A DNA stretch of 31,169 nt, from contig JBHLOC010000036.1 of the NCBI GenBank assembly GCA_048940925.1, positions 15,923-47,091 of the forward strand, read 5' to 3'. The position numbers and the translations under genes are program-made. Every line of letters begins with the position of its first letter. Position 1 is the first letter of the stretch. The stretch is from Promethearchaeota archaeon. Lineage in GTDB: Archaea > Asgardarchaeota > Lokiarchaeia > Sigyniarchaeales > SOKP01. Under the pieces are notes generated by a model. That model searched no databases, had not been told where the DNA came from, and worked only from the letters and a program-made list of their open reading frames with translations. This document shows positions 9,639 through 18,631 of the stretch, one piece after another.

Positions 9639-10844
9639 TTACTTAGAATTTGTTTCATCAATTTCAATTATACCTGAGACGGGAAGATCCAACGATTTCC
9701 GCTTTGATAAGAGACTGGCGAATAGAATAGGAATGAAAAAAGTAAAGATAATACTAGATGCTATTATTATCGAGTACAATCCAGAACTTATTAGACCATT
9801 GTTTAATAAAATTGCCATAATCACAATACCAGTGCTAAATTTTACCGATATTCCGACTCCTAATAAAAGAGAATCTTTTCTCCCAAGCTTATTCTTTCCA
9901 CTAATATAACTTCCAATTAATTTAGCCCCCAAACTGACAACAACAACTAAAACTAAAAATAATGGGAACATTAGTAGATAATTCAAGTCCATAGATGCAC
10001 CAACCCATAAAAAAAATAATGGTGCGAATAAACCATAACAGATTGTTTTAATTTCCGATTCAACTAATTTAATTCTTTCTTTAGGTATAAATGTCTTTAA
10101 ACCTATTCCCGCAAATAAAGCCGCGAGAGGAGCAGCCTCAGCATAAAGTCCTATGCCTATAAATAAAAACATGAGGAATATAATGAATATAAAGAGTGGT
10201 TCTATCCCTGTGTGTTTAAATTTACTACCTTTTTCCCCAATTTTGATAAATCCTATTGTTAAAAAGAATAAAATAGCAAGTGCAATAAGAGTCAAAAAAA
10301 CATCAAAATAATCTTGAGATGTTGCCCCTATAAGTAAAATAACTAAAATTAAGCCGAATATTTCTATAATATCATCCAATGTACCTACACCAATAATAGT
10401 CTGCCCCAATGGCTCATTTGTCAATTTAAATTCGTCCAAAATAGGAATTAAAATAGCTTCTCCCACTGTTGCAAAGGATAAACCTACAATGATCGAGATA
10501 AAAAAATTGATACCAAAAAGAAAACAAACAAGAATAGTTCCAAAAAGAGTTGCTAAAGAAATGGTTATTGCTGTCGACTTAATAATGAATTTACCTTGCT
10601 TTTTCATTTCTTTGAGATCTATTTCAAAACCAATAACGAAGAGTAATAAATACATTCCTAGTTGAGCGAGGAAGGTAAAAGTAGATGAGTTAGTAATTTG
10701 AGTAAAGGGATTATATATAGCTAGGAAAAATCCCAAAAGTAATGAAGAAAAGATCCAAGGGATATGAACTTTTTCAATAACTTTCCCAATAAGAAAAGTA
10801 AGCAAAAATACAATACTTAAAAATAAAAATATATTCAATTCCAT
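9639..10844 (-). CDS. Cation:proton antiporter (CPA2 / Kef-NapA type)
   Basis: About 12-13 TM helices; LAQLGMYLLLFVIGFEIDL, GTLDD, APLFFLWVG, AKLIG. Confidence 0.92.
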   Translation of the reverse strand: MELNIFLFLSIVFLLTFLIGKVIEKVHIPWIFSSLLLGFFLAIYNPFTQITNSSTFTFLAQLGMYLLLFVIGFEIDLKEMKKQGKFIIKSTAITISLATLFGTILVCFLFGINFFISIIVGLSFATVGEAILIPILDEFKLTNEPLGQTIIGVGTLDDIIEIFGLILVILLIGATSQDYFDVFLTLIALAILFFLTIGFIKIGEKGSKFKHTGIEPLFIFIIFLMFLFIGIGLYAEAAPLAALFAGIGLKTFIPKERIKLVESEIKTICYGLFAPLFFLWVGASMDLNYLLMFPLFLVLVVVVSLGAKLIGSYISGKNKLGRKDSLLLGVGISVKFSTGIVIMAILLNNGLISSGLYSIIIASSIIFTFFIPILFASLLSKRKSLDLPVSGIIEIDETNSK

Positions 10845-11035
10845 TAAAGGTTCTAGAAGGAAATGAATATTTTAAAATTTATTTAAAAATTAAAAAAAAG
10901 AGGGATTTATTTATAAAACTAAAACTGGTGTTGAATTATTAATGAATTTTTTCCTAAATTTATCGTAAAAAAGTTTCCAAAAAAAATTTAAAATTAAAAA
11001 ACCAATATTATTACAACTAAAGTTTTCTAATATTC

Positions 11036-12127
11036 TTATTTTATTTCAAGGCATTGCGCTAAACATCTTTTAACACATGCATTACAATTTATACATTTAT
11101 CAGGATTTCTTAAATTAACTTTCTTATCTAATTCATCAAATACATATAGATTTCTAGGACACACTTCTATACATACTTTACATCCAATGCATATATCTCT
11201 CTTGAGAATAATTTGGCCATATGGCTGTAATTTATATTCGCCAAACAAAAATTTCATTTTCTCATTACCCTTCTTCCAAGTTTTTGCACCTAATTCACTT
11301 TTATATATTGGAGTTAATCCATGAAAATCTTCTGCTACAATCATTGTAATTAAAAGAGAAGACACTATATTCCAGATTAGATATAAAAAATCAAACATGA
11401 TAAATAGATTAAATAGAATTATGAAGATAAGAACAATCCCTTCATAAATCCAAACTTGTGTTTTTCCAGATTCAGTATGAAGGCTAGGTAAAATCAGCAT
11501 AGTACCATAAATTATAATAACAAAAATTAAAATGGTATCTAAATAAAGTAAAAGATTTAAAAGTGGTAAGAATATAGAAGAAATCCAATAGATCGTGGAA
11601 AAAAAAATAGTTAAAATAAAAAAATATAATGTCCCCATTTCTATTCTTTGTTTGATAGGAAATCTTATCATTCTCTGTTCTTCAGTTTTCCTATATTTTT
11701 GTTCTATAAAAGAAGGGATCTCTTTAGCATATATGGGTCCAAATTTTACATCCCATCCAGTCCTTTTTTTAATAATTATGGGATCTATTCCCGATGCACT
11801 TAATTGAGGCAAGATTAAAGTTCTATGGGATACTAGATCATCTATTCCACTAGTTTTTATAATTGACAAGACAGAATCGGTGTGAAAATCATCTCCACAC
11901 GCTCCACACCACACATTGATTCCCTTGGAGGGTGCAATTAATAAATAACAGTCGAGATTTTTTATTGCCTTTAAAACTCGTTTTACAGTTAAAATAAAAT
12001 TACATGTTAATAAAACAGGACTCTCACTTGTAGGATTTCCAATTTTTATTAGTGTTGGTTCTACAGGAACACCAATCCATCTAAAAAAATAGCCTAGAAA
12101 TAGTCTTATCGAATTTTTTACGCTCAT
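11036..12127 (-). CDS. HgcAB-like fusion: CdhD/HgcA-type corrinoid-binding domain + TM region + 2x[4Fe-4S] ferredoxin
   Basis: IGNPTSESPVLLTCNFILT, cap-helix GINVWCGACG, HRTLILPQLSASG, WDVKFGPIYAKEIP; about 4 TM helices; CIGCKVCIEVCP and CINCNACVKRC. Confidence 0.88.
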   Translation of the reverse strand: MSVKNSIRLFLGYFFRWIGVPVEPTLIKIGNPTSESPVLLTCNFILTVKRVLKAIKNLDCYLLIAPSKGINVWCGACGDDFHTDSVLSIIKTSGIDDLVSHRTLILPQLSASGIDPIIIKKRTGWDVKFGPIYAKEIPSFIEQKYRKTEEQRMIRFPIKQRIEMGTLYFFILTIFFSTIYWISSIFLPLLNLLLYLDTILIFVIIIYGTMLILPSLHTESGKTQVWIYEGIVLIFIILFNLFIMFDFLYLIWNIVSSLLITMIVAEDFHGLTPIYKSELGAKTWKKGNEKMKFLFGEYKLQPYGQIILKRDICIGCKVCIEVCPRNLYVFDELDKKVNLRNPDKCINCNACVKRCLAQCLEIK

Positions 12128-12156
12128 GGTTCAATCATCTGATATAATTTATAATC

Positions 12157-12816
12157 TTAAGTCATTTTTTTCAATCTAAATAACTTTAAAGTATCTAATA
12201 AATAATACTTTTCTTCAATTAAAGAAAAATTATGTTCTTCAAGTCTTTTTTCAATATTTTTTAAATTATTTGTGGTTAATTGTGATTTAAAATATGTAAT
12301 AATTACTAGTGGAACTCTAATAAAAAAGTATATTAATTTCTTCCAAATTTTCTTAGGTTTTACCTCGTCAACTAAAATAAATTCTCCATCATCTTTTAAT
12401 ATTCTATTAATTTGAGCAAGGCAAAAATCTTGCTCACTTTGATAAAATTCGCTAAAAGACAAAATAGCTGTTATTTTATCATAAGACTTATCAGAAAATT
12501 GTTCATCTAATTCAATAACCGGCATTTTAATAATTCGTATACCCTCATTTATTCCTTCCAATTTAATGTTTTTTTTTGCTATCTCGAGCATTTTTTCAGA
12601 ATAATCAATTCCGGTTACAAATGCCCCTTTTTTAGCACATAGAATAGCAAATGTTCCCGTACCCATACCAATATCTAAAAGATTATCATTCTTTTGTATT
12701 AAATTATCTGAGAGGTATCTTTTAATTTTTGGTAAGCGTCCTAATGTCAGAAAATTTATTCCTTTATCATATTTTTCTGCTTTCTTTTCCAATGCTTTCA
12801 TGTAAACATAAGACAT
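12157..12816 (-). CDS. cpaM: Class I SAM methyltransferase, corrinoid-protein-associated (CpaM-like)
   Basis: LLDIGMGTG motif I; N-terminus MSYVYMKALE...YDKGINFLTLG recalled as typical of the methyltransferase found next to HgcAB-like fusions; 29 bp upstream of that gene on the same strand. Confidence 0.78.
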   Translation of the reverse strand: MSYVYMKALEKKAEKYDKGINFLTLGRLPKIKRYLSDNLIQKNDNLLDIGMGTGTFAILCAKKGAFVTGIDYSEKMLEIAKKNIKLEGINEGIRIIKMPVIELDEQFSDKSYDKITAILSFSEFYQSEQDFCLAQINRILKDDGEFILVDEVKPKKIWKKLIYFFIRVPLVIITYFKSQLTTNNLKNIEKRLEEHNFSLIEEKYYLLDTLKLFRLKKMT

Positions 12817-13106
12817 TTATAAGAACACCCTTTTTAGAAATAAATTACTGTTAATCTTTACTAATTTTTTATGGATTAAAGTAAAGCTTACTACAAAAAT
12901 CTTAAAGTTAAATTTTATAAATGAATACTCGAACATTTATTTTCTAAAATCTTGAAACTCTAAGAGATCTTATGATTAAAATTTATTATTGTATTATTAT
13001 CTATATTGATATAAGGAATAAATTAAAAATAGAATATACTCCTATTGTGAGAATGATTAAATGATTAATTATAACAAAATCTTTAAAATAAATTCCTATA
13101 AAAGTA

Positions 13107-14801
13107 ATGAAAGCTAAAAACAGAGAATTAAACAGTAAAGAGAAAAAAATCAAAAAACTAGCTAAAATTGCTTTTAGTAAAGCCCTTGCTGAATTTTATT
13201 ACCCTCCTCTAAGTGAACCTAATTATGTATTTGATTATACACATTTAGAAGGATTTTATATTGATCCGGAGCATAAATGGCAAATAACCATGAATCTCGC
13301 TAATACACCACTATTTAAAGATGATCAGGAATTCTTAGATTATTTTTATATCATTTCACTTCATGAAATATCTCATTATCAGATTATACCTTATGACGGG
13401 CTTATCAATGCTAAGTTGCTCAGAGCTGCAATGAGAAAAGTAAATCAAAATTTCGCACCTATTGTAGTGAATATTTTTGCAGATCTAGTCATTGATACAA
13501 CACTCTATCAAAAATATTCAGAGTTAATTGTATGGGAATTGAAAACTACATATGAAAGCATTAAAAATAAGGGAAAAACTAGTGATTTTTCCAAATTTTT
13601 ATTTCGAGCCTATGAAAAAATCTGGAATTTAGAGATTTTTAAAGATAACACGCTTCATATTATGGATACCTTAGCAGAAAGAGTATCTAAAACTATACTA
13701 AAAGAATTTGAAGATGATTCAACATGGGAAAAGAAAGTAGCATTGATAGCTGGTTATTTGAAAAGCTTAGTTAATGACACCTTTACTTTATTTGGCACGG
13801 GGAGTAAAGCAGACAAAAATAAAGTAAAAAGAAAAAGCCCTGGAGGAGCTATTGTAGAAGTACCTAAAGATGTTTTGGAAGTCATGGAAAATCCGCTAGA
13901 AAACAAAAACTCTGATAAACTAAAGGAAGGTAATGATGATGAGTTAAGGCAAAAAGCAGAGGAATTTGCAAAAGATATTCCTTATTCGGAATTTGGAGGT
14001 CCTGCTCAACAGGCAGGTATTCTAATTGACGGAAGTCCCTTGGCCACATGGTATAGAGGATTGGCTAAAAATCTTATCGAGATTAAAATTTTTGAAGAAA
14101 AGCCAGGAGGTGTATTGCCAGTATATCCTGAAGTTTGGCATATTGGTGATAGAATGGATGAGTTAGATATTGTACAAACCTTGTTAACTAGTCCTATAAT
14201 CATCCCAAATATGACAACACGGAAATGGGCGTTTAGAGAAGGTTCTGGACGCTTAATAGAAAAAAGAATCCCAGATCTCTTAATTGTGTTAGATTCTTCA
14301 GGATCAATGGGTTGGAATTATACTTCAAGAACAAAAAGGGGAAAAGGTCCATATCACACAGCACTAGTAGCTGCTTTTGCTTCTTTACATTATGCCACAT
14401 GTAAGGGTGCTAAATTCAGTATAATAAACTTTTCAAACAGAGCAGATATCTGTCAATGGACTTCAAACTATAAGAAGGCAGAAAAAACACTATTAGGATA
14501 TCAAGGTGGAGGTACTATTTTACCGATAGAAGAAATTGCTCAGCAGTGTGAAAAGGCAGATACAAAAGTTCTTGTTTTCATTATTACTGATTTTGGGATT
14601 TATAATTGGAGTAATGCTAAAAAGAAAATGATTGAGTTAGCTAAAAAAGGTCATAAGATTGTTGGGTTTTTCATAGGATCAACAAGAATACCTAAAGATA
14701 AATTTAAAAACTTGCTAGATAAAGTAACCTTCTATGGAATAAGAGATTCTAAAGATTTAATTAATTTAGTTATAAAAGAAGTTAAAAAGTATTATTTGTA
14801 A
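13107..14801 (+). CDS. vWA-domain protein with N-terminal HEXXH putative metallopeptidase-like domain
   Basis: LHEISHY and NIFADLVID in the N-terminal part; MIDAS LDSSGSMG, GGGT, IITDFG in the C-terminal part. Confidence 0.88.
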   Translation: MKAKNRELNSKEKKIKKLAKIAFSKALAEFYYPPLSEPNYVFDYTHLEGFYIDPEHKWQITMNLANTPLFKDDQEFLDYFYIISLHEISHYQIIPYDGLINAKLLRAAMRKVNQNFAPIVVNIFADLVIDTTLYQKYSELIVWELKTTYESIKNKGKTSDFSKFLFRAYEKIWNLEIFKDNTLHIMDTLAERVSKTILKEFEDDSTWEKKVALIAGYLKSLVNDTFTLFGTGSKADKNKVKRKSPGGAIVEVPKDVLEVMENPLENKNSDKLKEGNDDELRQKAEEFAKDIPYSEFGGPAQQAGILIDGSPLATWYRGLAKNLIEIKIFEEKPGGVLPVYPEVWHIGDRMDELDIVQTLLTSPIIIPNMTTRKWAFREGSGRLIEKRIPDLLIVLDSSGSMGWNYTSRTKRGKGPYHTALVAAFASLHYATCKGAKFSIINFSNRADICQWTSNYKKAEKTLLGYQGGGTILPIEEIAQQCEKADTKVLVFIITDFGIYNWSNAKKKMIELAKKGHKIVGFFIGSTRIPKDKFKNLLDKVTFYGIRDSKDLINLVIKEVKKYYL

Positions 14802-14836
14802 TATAAAAACATCTTTAGAATTTATAAAAAAGGCTA

Positions 14837-15298
14837 TTATTGTTTGTTAATTTCCCGTAAATATAACTTCATAAAGTACCTTTGACTTTGACAATACAAT
14901 AATTTATCTCTCTGAGTTAAATGTGTGCATCTTTGTAATACTCTCTGAATATCTGTCAGTAATTTAAAATTATCATATTTTGCCTTTTGTGGGAACAAAT
15001 CTACTGAATTTTTAACATTACTGTTTACTATAACTTCATAAAACAGATTTTTGAGATTTAAAACAGGTTCAGAATCTTCTAATTTTAAATCTGTCATTAC
15101 TTCGATTTCATCTTGAAGATTTATTGAATTATCATTTTTGGAATTATTAGAAGGATAATCAAATGATATCTCGCAGATCCCCTTATGTCTATATCTGCAA
15201 TCTTGGCAATCACGAGGATATGGAATAGTTTTAACTCGGCAAGCATTATGGATTTTTTTTATAACATCATCCGATTCTTGTAAATTTGAAATCATCAT
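14837..15298 (-). CDS. Hypothetical protein with Cys motif (C-x11-CxxC-x7-C)
   Basis: 153-aa ORF filling the gap between two plus-strand genes; no family recognised. Confidence 0.55.
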   Translation of the reverse strand: MMISNLQESDDVIKKIHNACRVKTIPYPRDCQDCRYRHKGICEISFDYPSNNSKNDNSINLQDEIEVMTDLKLEDSEPVLNLKNLFYEVIVNSNVKNSVDLFPQKAKYDNFKLLTDIQRVLQRCTHLTQRDKLLYCQSQRYFMKLYLREINKQ

Positions 15299-15554
15299 TT
15301 TATTTTGTTTTTATTTTGTTTTACATATAGATTTAAGTAAATTTACCTGTATTTCTCATGTGCTTTTCTAGTAATAGCAGAGAAATATGCACATATATAT
15401 TAAAAACATATAGATTTATCTTTTGAAAGTAAGTGATATCTTGATAATATCCTCTACTAATTAAATATAGATTGATATTTTAGAATTTAAAAAATAAGGA
15501 TAAAGTTTTCTTTTAATGATAAAATAATAGTATTGAATGATAAGGAGTTAAAAA

Positions 15555-16673
15555 ATGAACACTGAAGAAATAGAGATATATAGAACATTACAGGAACATC
15601 TTGACAAATTACCGATTGGCTTTCCTTCTACAAAATCCGGTATTGAATTAAAGCTCTTACAATATTTATTTACACCTGAAGAAGCAAAAGTAGCTACTAA
15701 GCTGAGTTTCACATATGAACCATTAAAAGTTATATATAAACGGATTGATGATCCTAATATTACATCTGAAGAATTAGAAGGATTATTAGAAAATAGTGTT
15801 AAAAAAGGGGCTATCCATTATAAACAAAAAGGAGAGGAAAAATTGTATGCTAATGCGATGTTAATTATAGGTATTTTTGAGTATCAGGTTAATAGGCTTA
15901 CAATGGAATTTATGGATTTAATAAAACAATATGGACAGGAAGTGTTTGACGTTGAATTATTCCGTACCAAAATATCCCAGACTCGCATTATCCCTGTGGA
16001 AAAAAGTATTACACACGAGAATTCGGTAATGACGTATAATAATGTAAGAAATTTAATTAATAAAGCAGAAGAACCTTTTGCTGTTGCTAATTGTGTTTGT
16101 CGTCAAAAACAAGATATTCGCAGAGAAAAGGATCCATGTAAACTTACAGACAGATATGAGACATGTATTGGATTTGGGCCTATGGCACAGATGTATATTG
16201 ATCAAGGGTGGGCTCGTAGAATTACAAAAGAAGAAGTTTTTAAAATTTTGGAAAAAAATGAAGAAACTGGTTTAATATTGCAGCCTGGTAATGCACAACG
16301 ACCCAATTTTATATGTAGTTGTTGTGGATGTTGTTGTGGGTTATTGAGAGATTTGAAAAAGATGAACAATCCAGCAAGACTCATGAAAACTAATTATTTT
16401 ATTGAGATTGATTCTGAATTATGTATTGGTTGTGGAATATGTGTAGATCGCTGTCAGATGGATGCATTAATGCTAGTCAATGACATCTCAACTGTAAATA
16501 GAAAAAAATGTTTAGGTTGCGGACTTTGTGTTATAACATGTTCTTCAGAAGCAATTAAACTTAAGAATAAGGAAAAAGAAACGACTCCACCTGAAACGAC
16601 TGATGACTTAAATGCAATGATCTTGAATAAAAAAAAGAAATTAATTGAAAAATATAATAAATCAAAAACTTAA
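15555..16673 (+). CDS. 4Fe-4S binding protein (N-terminal wHTH-like region, Cys-rich centre, C-terminal dicluster ferredoxin)
   Basis: CVCR, CSCCGCCCGLL, CIGCGICVDRC, CLGCGLCVITC; AAGGAG ribosome-binding site just upstream. Confidence 0.88.
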   Translation: MNTEEIEIYRTLQEHLDKLPIGFPSTKSGIELKLLQYLFTPEEAKVATKLSFTYEPLKVIYKRIDDPNITSEELEGLLENSVKKGAIHYKQKGEEKLYANAMLIIGIFEYQVNRLTMEFMDLIKQYGQEVFDVELFRTKISQTRIIPVEKSITHENSVMTYNNVRNLINKAEEPFAVANCVCRQKQDIRREKDPCKLTDRYETCIGFGPMAQMYIDQGWARRITKEEVFKILEKNEETGLILQPGNAQRPNFICSCCGCCCGLLRDLKKMNNPARLMKTNYFIEIDSELCIGCGICVDRCQMDALMLVNDISTVNRKKCLGCGLCVITCSSEAIKLKNKEKETTPPETTDDLNAMILNKKKKLIEKYNKSKT

Positions 16674-16698
16674 GTTAAGGAGAATTAACAGTAAACAT

Positions 16699-17217
16699 TT
16701 AGAGTATAGAAAGTAGACTATCCACATCAAGCCATCCTTTTAAAGCTTGGATTATGACTCCTTGTTCGTTTATAACAAATTGTCCTGGTCCTTGCTTTTC
16801 CCAACCTTCATATTCTCCATGTGTTATACCATATTTTCTAATATCTTTTATCTTAGAAGGGATTTGTTTAACTGCTTCGTTTGTCATGATACCCAAATCA
16901 TATCTTGCATATAACTCGTCTTTAGAGCTTGGAATAACAGGAAAATCAATTTTTTCTTTTTCAATAAATTCTTTAGAAACTTTTTCACCTGATTGAGTTA
17001 TATATATAATTTTGGCTCCAGTCCTCTCAATTTCATCTTTACGTTCTAAAAGAATTTTCAGGTCTAATTGACATATTGGACACCCGAAATATCTCGAAAA
17101 AATTAACACAATTTTTTGTTTTCCAATTAATTGTGCTAAATCAATTGTGCCAGCGTTATAGGATTCTAATTTAAATATTGGTGGTCTATCTCCTTCTTTT
17201 AAATCTTTTTTTTCCAT
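16699..17217 (-). CDS. Peroxiredoxin-like / AhpC-TSA redoxin (thioredoxin fold)
   Basis: LKEGDRPPIFKL, VLIFSRYFGCPIC (CxxC), PGQFVINEQGVI. Confidence 0.85.
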   Translation of the reverse strand: MEKKDLKEGDRPPIFKLESYNAGTIDLAQLIGKQKIVLIFSRYFGCPICQLDLKILLERKDEIERTGAKIIYITQSGEKVSKEFIEKEKIDFPVIPSSKDELYARYDLGIMTNEAVKQIPSKIKDIRKYGITHGEYEGWEKQGPGQFVINEQGVIIQALKGWLDVDSLLSIL

Positions 17218-17298
17218 AATTTCCTACATCTCAAATATAATATTTTTCTAAATTTTTATTTTCATAAAAGATTTATTGAAATTTTCTATTAATTTAGG

Positions 17299-18087
17299 TT
17301 AATCTTGTCTTTCTTCCACAGACATTACAACAAATCCGATCAAAATTGGAGTAAGAGAGAGTAAAAACAAAAAATACCAGATAAAATATAGGTAAATGAC
17401 ATCTTGAAAATGCCAAGGTGCCCATCCATGATAAGAAATCATAAGAAGAAAAAATCCAATCCCTACTAATTTAGGCCCTGTTTCTTTCGCTTTATACCCA
17501 TAAAAAGCAAATATATATGCCATAGTAAAACAAACTGGAATCCAAATTGTATGAAGGAAGAGATACATTGTAGTTTCAATTGGATTTTCAGAAGGAATAA
17601 AGAATAAACCTAAAATAAGCCACAGAAACCCCAAAATAAGCGTTAAAAAGGTAGGTATTTTCTGTAACTTCTTATTTTCTGTTAGAATTATTAAAATTCC
17701 ATATATTATTCCTGCAGAAAAACAAGGCATTACCCATCTCCAAATAAAAAAATGCAGTGGGGATAAATTCTCATTTGCATTTGGGAATCCTAAAGCTCTA
17801 AATATATGGGCTAAAAAAGTTATACTATAAATAAAAAAACTTATACTCCAAATAATTAAGGAAGGATTATTTCTATTTGTTTTGAACCACCTTAGTAATA
17901 AATATCCTCCTATTGTCCATAATAATATTGTACTGTTTAAACCAAGACCAAATAAAAAAAAACTTGATTCTAAGACAAGAACAGGCGCACCATGAGGCAG
18001 ATTAATTAGTACATAAGTAGAAATGATTGAAATAATCATAAGACCTGCAATATAAAGGAAATGAATTTTTTCCATGGTAATTACCAT
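17299..18087 (-). CDS. Hypothetical polytopic membrane protein (about 8 TM)
   Basis: Eight hydrophobic segments; alternative start ATG at 18075. Confidence 0.75.
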   Translation of the reverse strand: MVITMEKIHFLYIAGLMIISIISTYVLINLPHGAPVLVLESSFFLFGLGLNSTILLWTIGGYLLLRWFKTNRNNPSLIIWSISFFIYSITFLAHIFRALGFPNANENLSPLHFFIWRWVMPCFSAGIIYGILIILTENKKLQKIPTFLTLILGFLWLILGLFFIPSENPIETTMYLFLHTIWIPVCFTMAYIFAFYGYKAKETGPKLVGIGFFLLMISYHGWAPWHFQDVIYLYFIWYFLFLLSLTPILIGFVVMSVEERQD

Positions 18088-18575
18088 TCGAATTTTTTAA
18101 ATTTCTTTACAATTTTTTCGCTATCAAGTTTACTTTTCAACTTATCTTCTAAATGATTATAACAGTCAATTATAATATTATGCAATTCCTCCTTCTTTGA
18201 ATCAATCTCAGCATCCTCCTCCTTTAAAAAACCCTTTGTATAAAACGCTTTATATATATTTACTGTTGACACAATCTTATAAGAATAATCTTTCAATGCA
18301 TCGTAAAATAATTCACTTTTGTAATTTTTATCTGAAATCACTGAAAGCATTACCATTTCTTTTTTCCCACGAGCCCAACATGATGTAATTTCGAAATATA
18401 AGTTTGTTAATTTTAGATCTTCCTCGACTAAAGATACTTCAAAAAATTGATCTGTCATATCCAAATCAAAAAATCCCAATATTTTTTTACTAATTTTTTC
18501 CAAAATTGGATCTGGATATGAAAAGAAAATTTCTGGTCCCATTATTGAATTAAAATACAATAAAGCTAATTGCAT
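18081..18575 (-). CDS. Longin / uDENN-like small protein (Asgard eukaryotic-signature-type fold)
   Basis: N-terminal LLYFNSIMGPEIFFSYP matches the F-x3/4-GP-x-I-x3-P pattern of NPR2/DENN-type longin domains; followed by beta-rich ARGKKEMVMLSVI and C-terminal helices. Confidence 0.62.
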   Translation of the reverse strand: MQLALLYFNSIMGPEIFFSYPDPILEKISKKILGFFDLDMTDQFFEVSLVEEDLKLTNLYFEITSCWARGKKEMVMLSVISDKNYKSELFYDALKDYSYKIVSTVNIYKAFYTKGFLKEEDAEIDSKKEELHNIIIDCYNHLEDKLKSKLDSEKIVKKFKKFEW

Positions 18576-18631
18576 TGGGTTGATACTATTAATTTTTATT
18601 ATTTAATCTATTATTTTTCTCGTTATTTATT

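Noticed and set aside
11036-12127. Bona fide mercury methylation genes hgcA/hgcB
   Set aside because: Fused architecture, cap helix deviates from N(V/I)WCA(A/G)GK, and the HgcB terminal Cys pair is absent; called HgcAB-like only.
4005-13106. Integrated mobile element between the AAA and vWA genes
   Set aside because: No integrase, transposase, tRNA or terminal repeats; the only shared flank word noticed (AATAGAA) is too short for AT-rich DNA.
16699-17217. Selenoprotein form of the Prx-like gene
   Set aside because: Both CxxC codons are TGT; no in-frame TGA, so this is the Cys form.
17299-18087. Microbial rhodopsin or GPCR
   Set aside because: About eight hydrophobic segments, no retinal-binding Lys in the last helices and no recognisable motif.
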